Positions 1 to 11,446 of a stretch of 64,000 nucleotides of DNA are shown here, piece after piece (position 1 is the first letter of the stretch; each line of letters begins with the position of its first letter). The position numbers were made by a program, and so were the translations under genes. The notes under the pieces were generated by a model, which did no database searches, was not told the origin of the DNA, and was given only the letters and a program-made list of their open reading frames with translations. This stretch comes from Anolis carolinensis (taxonomy: Eukaryota), in the NCBI RefSeq assembly GCF_035594765.1, contig NC_085841.1, positions 308,397,402-308,461,401 of the forward strand, in the 5' to 3' direction.

Positions 1-1143
1 ATTTCAATGTTGAGATTTTATTGTTTTAGTGTTTCCAGGAAGGTGAAAAATCACATTTGCTTCATTAACAATGATTAGCTACTCTAAAAATACATGCATT
101 TAACAACAGAGCGAATGTAATAGTACATATATTATTACACTAGATTCTCCAATATATAGACAGGTAAATATTAATATATTGCTCACCCTGCCCCAGAGTT
201 GCTTTATTTTATTTATTATTTTAAGATAGAAGCAGAAATATTGGTTTTATCTATTCATTTTTAATATGCATATGTTTACTTCTATTTTAGTGTTCATATG
301 TCTTGGGTTTTAAATTGTACAATGTATTGTGCTTAGCATCGCTGGCCACTTTGAGTCTCTTTTAAGAGAGAAAAAGCAGCATATTAATAGATTTAATAAT
401 AATAAATACCATACACAAAAGAAGCAGATAGCAAAAATATCAAAACTGTATAACATAAAATTAAACTGGCAATGTACTGTATGGCCCTCTTCTTGGGATG
501 AAAATAATAATTTGTCTAACATGTGAACAATAATCAAGGTCAGTAAAGCAATGATTTATTTTTCCACCTCTCTTCCTTGCTTTCCTTCCTTTCCTGGGAT
601 CACTCCTCTCTTTTACTGCACAGCTAATTATTCCAAAAACTACTTTATTGTTCTGGTTAGGGAATCCTCCAGTTGTTGCTGAACTGCAAATCCCAGAAGC
701 CATAGCTACCGGTACAGTGAAAAATACTGGGAGATGTAGATCACCATCATCTGGATCATTGAGTTATTTAAGAAGGTTAGATTGGCATCCTCTTTGCTAT
801 CTTTCTGCAGCCAGGTACTAATCTTTTCATTCCAGAAAGCCTTTGAGAACTGATTTCTCGGGAGAAATTGATCTTGTATACTGAGTTTGATTTTTATTTG
901 TTGTTTTTTAAAAAAATGTTTTTAGTGGTTGAATCCCAACTCATGCACCCCAAAACACCTGGAAAAAAGGCTGGATATGAATAAAATCAACAGTAACAAT
1001 GCAGGCGTGTCCATTTTTATGGTCTCTTCAACTCTCCTTGGTGCCCTTGTAGAATCCAATTGCAATAAACAGAAACTCAATATTTTTACCATAATGCCAA
1101 GTGTGTTTCCAAAAACAAAACCCATATCCCCAAAAGCCTCTAA

Positions 1144-1350
1144 GGGTGCATCTACACTGCAGAATTAATGCAATTTGACACCACTTCAACTACCATGCCT
1201 CAATGCCATGGAATCATAGGAGTTGCTGTTTTACAAGGTCTTCAGCCTTCTTCTGCCCAAGATGTCACCAAACCACAACTCCCATAATTCTATAGTATTG
1301 TGTCTTGGCAGTTAAAGTAGCATTAAACTGGATTATTTTGACAGTGCACA
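1144..1350. mobile_element. Non-autonomous DNA transposon remnant (PIF/Harbinger-like MITE)
   Basis: Starts GGGTGCATCTACACTG after TAA; decayed inverted end (CAGTGCACA) near 1345. Confidence 0.5.
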
Positions 1351-1585
1351 AATATAACTAGCAGCAGCGCTCTGTATTTTGGCTGGCCAATAAAGGCATC
1401 ACTTCTTTGTGGGTTTTGGATTTACTTGTATTTGTACATGGCTACTGTAGAATAAAGCTGTTCTACATGGTTTCAAACATAATTGCTTCCAAACATGATC
1501 TGGAGGTTCCTGGCAGTCTCCTTTCTAAGTACAGTACTAAAAATTTAAAAATCTGTTAAATATGAAATTGTTATAGTGTGAATTT

Positions 1586-1899
1586 GGAGCCCCCAATCCG
1601 ACTCTGGGGGTTGGTGCCTATCTCCATTTCTAAGCCGAAGAGCCAGTGTTGTCCATAGACACCTCCAAGGTCATGTGGCCGCCATGACTGCATGGAGCAC
1701 CGTTACCTTCCTGCCGGAACTGTACCCTTTGATCTACTCATATTTGCATGCTTTCGAACTGCTGGGTTGGTAGAAGCTGGAGCTAACAGCTGGGGCTAAC
1801 AGCAGGAGTTCACCCCGCTCCCCAGATTTGAACCGCCAACCTTTCGGTCAGCAAGTTCAGCAGCTCAGTGATTTAACCCGCAATGCCACTGGGGGCTCC
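1586..1899 (-). mobile_element. Sauria SINE, 3' tail missing
   Basis: Reverse complement begins GGAGCCCCCAGTGGC with a tRNA-like head; body is near-identical to the copy at 5317-5639. Confidence 0.85.
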
Positions 1900-2115
1900 T
1901 ATAAACTTTGTACTAGCTTGATAAAATATCAAAATGAAGCAGTTAAGAGCAAATTAAGACACAGTTTTATTCTATTTTAAAAGCAGCATTTAAAAAAATT
2001 AAAGTGTAATTTCTTCCCTTTTTTGCTATTTGCTTGAGTTCCTATCCATACTGGCTATATGATCCATTTTCTGGATGCAGATTATCAGCATTAAACTGGA
2101 TCATGTGAGTCTACG

Positions 2116-2265
2116 GGCCCTTCCAGACAGGCCCTATCTCCAAGGATATGATCCCAGGTTTTCTACTTTAAACTGGATTATGAGAGTCCGCACTGCCAGA
2201 TAATCTGGGATAAACAAAAAACTTGGGATTGGATCCTGGGATATAGGGCCTGTCTGGAAGGGTAC
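2116..2265. mobile_element. Palindromic PIF/Harbinger-like MITE
   Basis: Long terminal inverted repeats GGGCCCTTCCAGACAGGCCCTAT ... ATAGGGCCTGTCTGGAAGGG. Confidence 0.7.
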
Positions 2266-2299
2266 TAAACTGCCATATAATCCAGTTTATAATCCAGAT

Positions 2300-2557
2300 T
2301 TTTGTTTGTGTCAAGAGCGACTTGAGAAACTACGAATAGATTTTGGTATGAAATAATTGGCTGTCCTTTACGACGTTGCTCAGGAGATGCCCGGATCTTT
2401 TGATGTTTTACCATCCTTGTGGGAGGCTTCTCTCATATCCCTGAATGGAGCTGGAGCTGACATATGGGAGCTCACTCCGCTCCCTGGATTCTAATGGCCG
2501 ACCTTTTGGTCTGCAGTCCTGCTGGCACAAGGGTTTAATGCATTGTGCCACTGGGGG
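2300..2557 (-). mobile_element. tRNA-derived SINE with a Vingi-like 3' tail
   Basis: Head resembles the Sauria SINE head; tail (plus strand tgtgtcaagagcgacttgag) resembles the Vingi 3' end at ~5677 (tgtgtcagaaacaaattgag). Confidence 0.6.
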
Positions 2558-2607
2558 CATCTGGAACTGGATGATATTGTCAGTGTGGATGGGGCCGAAG
2601 AGTCTAT

Positions 2608-3405
2608 GGGCCCTTCAACACAGCCATATAACTCAGAATATCAAGGAAGAAAATCCCACAATATCAGCTTGAACAGGGACGTCTGAGAGCCCTTCCAAAC
2701 AGGCCCTATATCCCAGGATCTGATCTCAGGTTTTCTGCTTTAAACTGGATTACAGTAGTCTCACTTATCCAACATAAATGGGCCAGCAAAAGTTGGATAA
2801 GCGAATATGTTGGATAATAAGAAGAGATTAAGAAAAAGCCTATTAAACATCAAAATAGGTTATGATTTTACAAATTAAGCACCAAAACATCATGTTATAC
2901 AACAAATTTGACAGAAAAAGTAGTTCATTACACATTAATGCTATGTAGTAATTATTGTATTTACGAATTTAGCACCAAAGTATCACAATGCATTGAAAAC
3001 ATTGACTACAAAAATGTGTTGGATAATCCAGAGCGTTGGATAAGTGAGTGTTCGATAAGTGAGACTCTACTGTATATGAGGGCCTTTCCACACAGCCCTA
3101 TATCCTAGAATATCAAGGTAGAAAATCCCACAATTTTTGCTTTGAATTGGAATATATGGCAGTGTGGACTCAGATAACTCAGTTCAAAGCGGAGACTCTG
3201 GGATTTTCTGTTCTGATATTGTGGGTTATATAGCTGTGTGGAAGGGCCCTGCGTCCCCACTGCCAGACCATCTGGGATAAACAGAAAGCCTGGGATCAGA
3301 TCGTGGGGAAGAGGGTCTGCCTGGAATGGCCCAGAGTCCACACTGCCATATATTCCAGTTTAAAGCAGAACACGTGGGATTTCATTCAGCTGTGTGGAAG
3401 GGGCC
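2608..3405. mobile_element. Nested stack of Harbinger-like MITEs (outer 2608-3405, inner ~2687-3333, innermost ~3080-3249)
   Basis: Three pairs of GG(G)CCCTTCCACACAG-type TIRs; the interrupted internal sequences resume after each insert. Confidence 0.65.
2753..3072. mobile_element. Tc1/mariner-type MITE
   Basis: TIR CAGTAG(AG)TCTCACTTATCCAAC, TA target duplication on both sides; a second copy lies at 25313-25620. Confidence 0.9.
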
Positions 3406-3589
3406 TACTTCTGGCAGAGTGTGCTGCTTTTAGCCTTGGAGATTGGGGAGACCTTGGGAGGGTCGCACTCTCTCAGCCTCAGAGGAAGGCCATGGCAATC
3501 CAATCCAAACTCTGCGATGGCTTTGCCTTTGGCCTGGAAGTGGTTTGATGAGCTTTTGGGCCAAGGAGGCGGAAGTCTGTAAAATTACA

Positions 3590-3945
3590 ACTCCCGGGAA
3601 TCCCATGGCAGCGGAAGAGGTGCCAAAACCGCGTTAACTCCAGATGTGGCTGCACCCAGAGGTCAGGGAGAAGGGCGGAAGGGAGGGCGCTGACTTTGTA
3701 CCTGAAGGCCCCCGCGTGAGGTCGATGGCTTCCTCCGAGAGGAGGCACTCCACGCCGCCGTTCATGCCGCCTCGCTCGTCCCTTCGCCTCCCGCCCTCCG
3801 AGCTCCTCCGCTGAAGGTGAAACAGGAGGGAGGCGAGGCGGCCGGCCGGAGCGCTAGCAGCGCTTTCAGTTTTGACCCAGACAGGAAGGAAGGAATCAAG
3901 CGGCGGGCGCAAAGGAGTCTGGGATGGGTAGTTCTCGCTATCTAC
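3590..3945 (-). promoter_or_regulatory. CpG island, 5' UTR and promoter region of SYNJ2BP
   Basis: GC- and CpG-rich segment around the first coding exon in an otherwise AT-rich background. Confidence 0.7.
3702..3765 (-). CDS. SYNJ2BP: Synaptojanin-2-binding protein (PDZ, mitochondrial outer membrane), coding exon 1; no later exons recognised within the window
   Basis: Minus strand ATG at 3765 gives MNGGVECLLSEEAIDLTRGPS+G, followed by the donor G|GTACAA (64 nt, phase 1). Matches the recalled human N-terminus MNGRVDYLVTEEEINLTRGPSG. SYNJ2BP neighbours ADAM21/ADAM20 in mammals. Confidence 0.92.
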
Positions 3946-3950
3946 TAGCT

Positions 3951-4659
3951 CAGGGGTCCCCAAACTAAGGCCCGGGGGCCGGATGCGGCCCTCCAAGGTC
4001 ATTTACCTGGCCCCCGCCCTCAGTTTTATAATATAATATTTTTATATCAGTTTTAATAATATAATATATATTGTATATACATATAATATTGATAATAATC
4101 TTATGTTATACAATATAATACTTATAGTAATACCATAAAATAATATTAATTATATGTTATATATTAGATATTATATAATAGTATAGTGGTATAGTTCAAT
4201 ATAGTAATATATAATGTTAATATTGTGTTATGCTAATAATATAATGTATTGTATGTACATACAACTGCTCTGAGTCCCCTTCGAGGTGAGAAGGGTGGGA
4301 GATAAATGTAGTAAATAAATGCAGTAAATAAATAATTAATTTTAGACTTAGGCTCGGCCAAGGTCTGACATGACTTGAAGGCACACAACAACAACAATCC
4401 TAATTAACTTGACTATCTCATTGGCTAGTAGGAGGCCCACACTTTCCATTGAAATCCTATGTTTATGTTGGTTAAAATTGTTTTCATTTATAAATATTGT
4501 ATTTGTATTGTTCTTTCGTTGTTGTTGTTGCACTACAAATAGGACATGTGCAGTATGCATAGAAATTTGTTTCTATTTTTTTTCAAATGATAATTCGGCC
4601 CCTCAACAGTCTGAAGGATTGTGGACCGACCCTCTGCTTAAAAAGTTTGAGGACCCCTG
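3951..4659 (+). mobile_element. Non-autonomous hAT transposon
   Basis: TIR CAGGGGTCCCCAAACT / AGTTTGAGGACCCCTG; 8-bp TSD TACTAGCT/TACTAGGT; same family as 16002-17246. Confidence 0.9.
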
Positions 4660-4663
4660 TACT

Positions 4664-5316
4664 AGGTTGCTGTGAGCTTTCCGGGCTGTATGTTCCTGAC
4701 GTTTCGCCCGCATCTGTGGCAGGCATCCTCAGAGGTCTGTTGGAAACTAGATAGATTTATATACTGTGGAATGTCCAGGGAAAGAGAACGAACTCTTGTC
4801 TGTTTGAGGCAAGTATGTTGCAATTGACCACTTTGATTAGCATTGAATAGCCTTGCAGCTTCAAAGCTTAGCTGCTTTCTGCCTGGAAGAATCCTTTGTT
4901 GGGAGGTGTTAGCTGGCCCTGATTATTTCTTGTCTTGAATTCCTCTGTCTTCTGAGTGTTGGTCTTTATTTACTGTCCGGATTTTAGAGTTTTTTAATAC
5001 TGGGAGCCAGATTTTGTTCATTTTCTAAAAATCTGGACAGTAAATAAAGAACAACACTCAAAATAGGGTGAATTCCAGACAAGAAGCAATCAGAGCCAGC
5101 TAATCACCTCCCAACAAAGGATTCCCCCAGGCAGGGAGCAGCCCGACTTTGAAGCTGCAAGGCTATTCAATGCTAATCAGGGTGGTCAGTGGCAACATTC
5201 ACACTTGCCTCAAACAGACAAAGAGTTCTTTCACTCACCATGGACATTCCACAGATATATAAACTCCACCTGCCTAGTTTCCAACAGACCTCACAACCTC
5301 TGAGGATGCCTGCCAT
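4664..5316. mobile_element. Penelope-like element 3'/pLTR fragments in inverted arrangement
   Basis: 4664-~5025 (minus) and ~5026-5316 (plus) are reverse complements of each other and match the 3' part of the Penelope at 12780-13155. Confidence 0.85.
4695..4735 (-). ncRNA. Minimal type-I hammerhead ribozyme in the Penelope pLTR
   Basis: Minus strand CCT-CTGAGGA-T-GCCTGC-CACAGAT-GCGGGC-GAAACGTC-AGG: CUGANGA and GAAA core, 6-bp stem II, short stem I, palindromic ACGU in place of stem III, GUC cleavage triplet. Confidence 0.75.
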
Positions 5317-5639
5317 AAGGTAAAGGTAAAGGTTTCCCCTGACGTTAAGTCCAGTCATGTCTGACTCTGGGGGTTGGTGCTCATCTCCATTTCTAAGCCG
5401 AAGAGCCGGCGTTGTCCGTAGACACCTCCAAGGTCATGTGGCCGGCATGACTGCATGGAGCACCGTTACCTTGCCATCGGAGCGGTACCTATTGATCTAC
5501 TCACATTGGCATGTTTTCGTACTGCTAGGTTGGCAGGAGCTGGACCTAACAGCGGCCGCTCACGCCGCTCCCAGGGTTTGAACCTGGGACCTTTCGGTCT
5601 CCATCTCAGTGCTTTAACGCACTTCGCCACCGGGGCTCC
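5317..5639 (-). mobile_element. Sauria SINE, full length
   Basis: (ACCTTT)n tail seen as aaggtaaaggtaaagg; tRNA-like head ending ggggctcc on the plus strand. Confidence 0.9.
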
Positions 5640-5661
5640 ATTCCATAAATAGATATAGATT

Positions 5662-6253
5662 AATTTTATGTATTTATTGTGTCAGAAACAAATTGAGGGT
5701 GCAGGTTGTAATGCATTTGAAAACACAAACAAAGTTTTAAAAACTTGGCATTATACTAAATGTCCTTTGACCAGTAGCTGGCCATTTGGAGTGCCTCTGG
5801 TGTTGCTATAAGAATGTCCTCCACTGTGCATGTGGCAGGGCTCAGGCTGCATTGTTGTAAGTGGTGTGTGGTTTGCTCTTCTCCACACTCGTATGCTGTG
5901 GTTTCCATTTTGTAGCCCCATTTCTTAAGGTCGGCATTGCATCTCGTTGTGCCAGAGCACAGTCTATTCAGCACCTTCCAAGTTGCCCAGTCTTCTGTGT
6001 GCCCAGGAGGGAGTTTCTCATCTGGTGTCAGCCACTGATTGAGGTTTCGGATTTTAACCTGCCACTTTTGGACTCTTGCATGCTGAGGTGTTTTTGCAAA
6101 TATCTCTGTAGATCTTAGGAAGCTATTTCTTGATTTAAGATGTTGACCTGCTGGCTGCTATCCAAACAGAGGATGGGCAGGAGATGTCAATGCTTTCATT
6201 GACATCCTTTCATTACAGGCTGCTGCTTACCGATAGATGTCAGGTGGTGCAAT
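5662..6253 (-). mobile_element. Vingi (Ingi-related) LINE 3' fragment
   Basis: ORF 5756-5974 LNRLCSG...CGEEQTTHHL..C...WSKDI is homologous to the C-terminus of the 62277-63923 ORF. Confidence 0.8.
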
Positions 6254-7520
6254 AAAGGATTCCCCAGGCAGTAAACAGCCAGATCTTGAAACTGAAAGCT
6301 CACAACCTATGAAAATGCCCGCCATAGATGGAGAAAGAAATGTCAAGAAAGAATGCTTCTGGAATATGGCCATACAGCCCGGAAAACAAACGGCAACCCA
6401 GATTCAAGATCTTTTTCAGTAATGTACTACAGTTGTTTTAAAATTTCTGTAATTAGGTATGGGTACATGACCTTCAACTGCTTTCAGTTACCATAAGCTC
6501 TACCCATTGTGTCAGTTATAGAATACAGAGGATAGCATATTCCAAGATGTCAGGTGTTATCTTCTCAGTCGGGATGGGAAAAGTGTGATGGCCCTGTAGA
6601 TGTTGCTGGACTTCAGCTTCCGTCAAACCTACTCAATGTAGTCTGTGGTGAGGAATGATGGGAACTCATGTCAACAGCTTACTTTGTCAATATCAGATCT
6701 TGATCAAGTTCACGAGGTGCTGAATCTCTAAGTCCAAATGTTCTTTCCAATGCTGTTATAACAACATGACACAAGACCGGAAGGTAATACCTAACAAGAT
6801 CCATCTACATTTGCATATCCATCTTCTCATTTTATGACTGCAAGCTTTTGTGTAGCTTGATTTCATATGTAGGAGGTAAAACAACTGGAAATTTAAATGT
6901 TTTGCTATAATATCCAAGCATTTCTGCTCTTATAGTCACTCTACTCTCCCCCTCTCCCCATTTGTGTGTTTGTAACTGAATGCACAAATCTAGGAGCTAG
7001 AGCAAACATTTGAACTAGTTGAGTTGTTTGTGTGTGATATTTGTACTTCTGGTATTGAAGGTGTGTTTTCTATTTATCCATATTATATTAGTATTCCTGC
7101 AGATTGCTTTATATTGTGTCATCAAAATATTCATATTTTGTGACTATTTTTATGAGGTTATTTGTTTTTTTAAATAGCATTCTTGAAATTTCATTACTAT
7201 AATGTTCTTTTTCCCTAGTACGAAGAGGATTTTGTTGTTGTTGTAGAACACAATAAATCCCCCCTGGCAATGACTTATGGTTTCTCCAAGGGCACAAGAA
7301 TAAAAATATAATTTTTATTTCATTAAAAAAATCCTTTTCTGGACTTCTGCAATTGCAGAGAAGAAGGATATTGAAAACAGACCAGCAGCAGTGACTCCCC
7401 CACAAAGCTATATTATCACAACTCTTTAATAAACTATATCTTTTTATTTCAACTTTCTGTCTACTTTGCATCTTTTGATACTTTTTCTATCTCCCTGTGT
7501 ATAACAATTTATTCAATTCA

Positions 7521-8258
7521 TGCCAAGATATAACAAGGTGAATCCTAGAGGTCTTCACATTTCAGGCTGGGCTGATCCCCAGCTATTCCTGGCCAAGGCG
7601 ATAATCCCATTGTTTGTATATGTAGAACAATAGACAGTTTCTGTGTCTTATCTGATAACATCAACCAATGTTTGTCCAGTCAAGTACTCCGCTTGGGTTG
7701 AGAGATTGCTGACAGTGGAATCAGAACCGTAAAGATATTTACATTTGCAAACTTCTTCATTTCGGGACTTGATTGAAGAAATCATCACCTTTTGTTCCTG
7801 GGGGCTCACACCTTTGTTTTCTAACAACATTTCCCCATCACCTGAAACTGGACAATTAAGCCACACAGAAACTCATTAACATTTCCAAATATGAACACTG
7901 ATCTTCCCCCTTCCACGGGTACGCTTCCCACAGCTGATTGGCCTTCCTGGACCAATCTCCCATCATCTCCCTGCCAGAGGGAAGCCCTGCCTGGAGGTAT
8001 CAACATCAGCAGAGCCCTGGGCAATCAGGGCATGGAGCTGGAGGTTTAAATAACTGTCAGATGTATAAAACCTCATGTCTCTGCATTCATGTTATGCTTG
8101 CACTTTTGAAAGTATCCACTTGTACATGCATGCTATTTAGCCAGATTGAATAAACGACTGTTTTCATCCTGTTGAGTGATTACTCTGTCCTGGTCTATTT
8201 CAGTTGAGCTTAATGCTCGCTGGGCATGGATCCTCTTATCCATGGCCCTGGCTCCACA
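7521..8258 (+). mobile_element. Probable solo LTR
   Basis: TG...CA ends with 4-bp TTCA flanks, TATAAAA ~8064, AATAAA ~8149; left boundary uncertain (alternative start 7621). Confidence 0.5.
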
Positions 8259-8341
8259 TTCAACTACACTGTGACTTTCTTGTCATGCAGACAGTGTAAT
8301 GTGAGGCTAAAATTTCAGTTACTTAAACATCTACACATCTG

Positions 8342-8647
8342 TACAGGAGGAGGGAGCAAGCTTGTTTTCTGCTACCCTGGAGACTAGGACGCAGAGCAAC
8401 AGCTTTAAACTCCAGAAAAGGAGATTCCATCTGAACATTAGGAAGAACTTTCGCAATGTGAGAGCTGTTCAGCAGTGGAACTCTCTGCCTCGGAGTGTGG
8501 TGGAGGCTCCTTCTTTGGAGGCTTTTAAGCATTGGCTGGATGGCCATCTGTCAGAGGTGCTTTGAATGTGATTTTCCTGCTTCTAGGCAGGGGATTGGAT
8601 TGGATGACCCATGGGGTCTCTTCAAACTATGATTCTGTGATTCTATG
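8342..8647 (+). mobile_element. CR1 LINE 3' fragment
   Basis: ORF2 C-terminus ([19 protein letters not shown]) and ATTCTRTG tail. Confidence 0.9.
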
Positions 8648-8961
8648 TTCAAATGCAGCTGCTGTGAATATGTGTTCTATCTGAAAAGTATGATTTTGCT
8701 TGAACTACATATTCTGTTTTTTTAAAAAAAAATTATTATCTAATATTATAAGAGTTTTCTTTGGGTAAAATATTGCACAAATCTGTAGTGCTCATACATA
8801 CAAATAACATATTTCCTGTAGATGAATGTAAGATTTTACTATGAGACAAACATTTTTTTTAAACCCAGCATTTAAAAATGATGAAAATTTTGCACATATA
8901 CGTTTCATATATTAATAACCTTAATATTTTCTGTTTCTTTTTTAAAACATAGTGTACCTTT

Positions 8962-11139
8962 TTAGCTCTTTTGTGGGCTTTCTTTGAGAGTTACATCTGC
9001 TGGATGAATACTTGAACCCAATCTTCTAAATTGCTGTCTCAGTTCAGTCCTGTAATATGCACCCAGTAAAACAACTGATAGGAGGACAAATAGTATTCCT
9101 GTAATAATCCCTGCAATGACAAAACTTCTATCTTGAAGAATGGGTCCGCTGTTAATACTGCCACCATAGCCCTTACCCATACAGTAAGGAGGACCCCAGC
9201 CATAATCACAGTGACAATGTCTACGATTGTTGCATATTCCCCGATTGTGGCATTTCCTTATGTCGCAGTCATAGTTCAAGGTGGATAGGTTTTTGCATTG
9301 CTTGTCTACACACAGCATGTCCGTACCACAGGGAGTGCCATCTGTCACTGCTCCAATATCAACCTTTTCTGATTCACTGTGGTAGTCTGTACCCCAACAA
9401 TGTCTATTGCCAATGATTGTTTGAATTATGGTGCTATCTTCCTCTAGAGTTGGTAATTTCTCCACATTATCACACTGAATTCGACCACACAGGATGTGAC
9501 TAGCCTTGCATTTGCTGTAAGTTCCATATTTAACACCACAGTTGCCAAAGCGATCACCCCGTGCATTAATTAGTCTGAAACAGTTCTCTGAAGCAACAGT
9601 GGCTTTCTTCCCAAATATCATTTTGCATTGTTCCTTGTGAGTAGCACAGTTCCCATGATAACAGTATGCAGCATCATTACATGGGGCACCATCTTGCACA
9701 TAAACATCTTCAGGACACAATTCTGAAGTCCCAGTGCAGTACTCAGGAAGATCGCAAACACTATTTTTTTTCCGACAGAGAGTTCCCGCTGGACGATACT
9801 GGCAGTTGGCACAGCATTTTCCAACATTACAAACAGCGCCAGAGTGAAATTTACAATTAGATTGGCAACATGAATTGCGCCGACATTGGCTTTCTGAACC
9901 ACAGTCACATTGTTCTCCTTTTTCCACGATTTTGTTGCCACAGTATTTGAGTTTAAATATAGTATTTGGATCTGCGGCAGTTAATAAGCAATGAGCATTT
10001 CTTCGTTTGAAGTAATCCCTATAGCTACAATCGCTAAACTTGTCAACTTCATCTGGAAATGGAGCCATAATGCAGGATTTTTGCTCACAAGTACAGTGTT
10101 CTCCATCATGGTTCATGCCAAGATGATGTCCTAATTCATGGGCAAATATAACAGAAAAAAAGGACACACTGAAACTCATGTATATTTCTACAGCAGACGC
10201 CCATTGGGAATTACAGATAGTTCCTATAAATGCTAAGCCAGCTGCGTGTTCATAAAATTTGTGTACAAATAAATGAGCAGCATCATTTGGTAGATGGTCA
10301 TTCAGTGTGCGTTTTCTCCATTTGTTAAAATTATCTAACAATACATTCAATTCACTGGAAATCATTATGGGGTTCTTTTCAGACCAGATCTCCAGTCCAA
10401 CTATGGATATAACAACACCAAGTGGTTTATAGAATGTATTCGTCATATGGATAATCTCTAGAACCCGTATACCTGTTAAAGTTTCATTTTTATTAAACTT
10501 GACATAACGTTGATGTTCTACCACAATTGCAATATCTGCATACCTGGTATGAGGCCACCACTTTCCTATAGAACCTCGGGCTGCCAAAATCTCTTTACTT
10601 TGGATCATGGCCTCTTGACGACTTTGCTCTTCCTTTGTGAACCCACACATAATTCGAAGGTCATCCTCTTTGCCTTCCAACTGATACACCACATGCTGAA
10701 AGCCAACAGATGCCTGGACAGGTTCAATTTCATAGGTCTCATTTTGTAAATGCAACAAACCACTGAGTCCTCCTAAGCAAGTGCTGAGAGTGACCAAAGA
10801 ATGAGGCTCATCCTGTATGAAACCATTGTAGAAACAGTCATTCCTGATAAATGGGTAGTCCATTTGGAGTTTTCCTTCCTTACTATATGTGAAGATAGGA
10901 AAGAGGTTAGGGACAACATTCCTCTTCTGCCTGAGGTGCATGACATGACTCTTCCCTTCAACTTGCAGCAGGTAACTGATATCCCGGGAGTTTTGTTGTC
11001 CATCTCGGGGGGTCAGTTTCCTTGGGACAGTTACCTCATATGAAGCATACCTGAAGCCCTGAGGCAGATTATGACTAGGAGTCTCACTGAAAACACTCCA
11101 CAAGATCACCACCATAATCTGAACAAAATTAAAAGTCAT
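8962..11139 (-). CDS. ADAM20/ADAM21-like disintegrin and metalloproteinase, copy 1 (single-exon CDS, 725 aa)
   Basis: Signal peptide, prodomain with Cys switch (IMCG), HELGHHLGMNHD zinc motif and Met-turn (CIM), disintegrin (EQCDCG..VCDLPEYC), Cys-rich, EGF-like, TM, short tail; uninterrupted ORF; synteny with SYNJ2BP. Confidence 0.95.
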   Translation of the reverse strand: MTFNFVQIMVVILWSVFSETPSHNLPQGFRYASYEVTVPRKLTPRDGQQNSRDISYLLQVEGKSHVMHLRQKRNVVPNLFPIFTYSKEGKLQMDYPFIRNDCFYNGFIQDEPHSLVTLSTCLGGLSGLLHLQNETYEIEPVQASVGFQHVVYQLEGKEDDLRIMCGFTKEEQSRQEAMIQSKEILAARGSIGKWWPHTRYADIAIVVEHQRYVKFNKNETLTGIRVLEIIHMTNTFYKPLGVVISIVGLEIWSEKNPIMISSELNVLLDNFNKWRKRTLNDHLPNDAAHLFVHKFYEHAAGLAFIGTICNSQWASAVEIYMSFSVSFFSVIFAHELGHHLGMNHDGEHCTCEQKSCIMAPFPDEVDKFSDCSYRDYFKRRNAHCLLTAADPNTIFKLKYCGNKIVEKGEQCDCGSESQCRRNSCCQSNCKFHSGAVCNVGKCCANCQYRPAGTLCRKKNSVCDLPEYCTGTSELCPEDVYVQDGAPCNDAAYCYHGNCATHKEQCKMIFGKKATVASENCFRLINARGDRFGNCGVKYGTYSKCKASHILCGRIQCDNVEKLPTLEEDSTIIQTIIGNRHCWGTDYHSESEKVDIGAVTDGTPCGTDMLCVDKQCKNLSTLNYDCDIRKCHNRGICNNRRHCHCDYGWGPPYCMGKGYGGSINSGPILQDRSFVIAGIITGILFVLLSVVLLGAYYRTELRQQFRRLGSSIHPADVTLKESPQKS

Positions 11140-11273
11140 GATCTTTGCCAGGAGAAAGAGTCCCCTGGGTAATCTTTCTCTGTTTTCTTATTCTGGCTAG
11201 GATAGCTCGGAAAAGGACAGAAGCAAAATGGGAATGGGGCTACAAATGGGATAGAGAGGAAGGAGAGTTCTTT

Positions 11274-11320
11274 CTGTAGCAACTGTCAGTAGGGTTGCCT
11301 TTGGAATGTGGGCGGGACTT
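11274..11320 (-). promoter_or_regulatory. Conserved upstream motif block of ADAM copy 1
   Basis: gTAGCAACtGtCAgTagGGTTgccTTTGGAATGtGGGCGG aligns with the blocks upstream of the other three ADAMs. Confidence 0.6.
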
Positions 11321-11395
11321 AGTGAGTCTGGGCCAAGACAGAAAGGATGGCAGAGAATGGGAAAGGTAGAGCGGGAAGGGAAAGGAGGCCGGCTA

Positions 11396-11446
<51 letters not shown>
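11396..11446. repeat. (CAT)17 microsatellite, probably the tail of a short LINE fragment extending to ~11630
   Basis: Perfect trinucleotide run. Confidence 0.9.

Noticed and set aside
3634-4002. 122-aa ORF across the CpG island
   Set aside because: It starts inside the hAT and runs through a splice donor; only 3702-3765 matches SYNJ2BP
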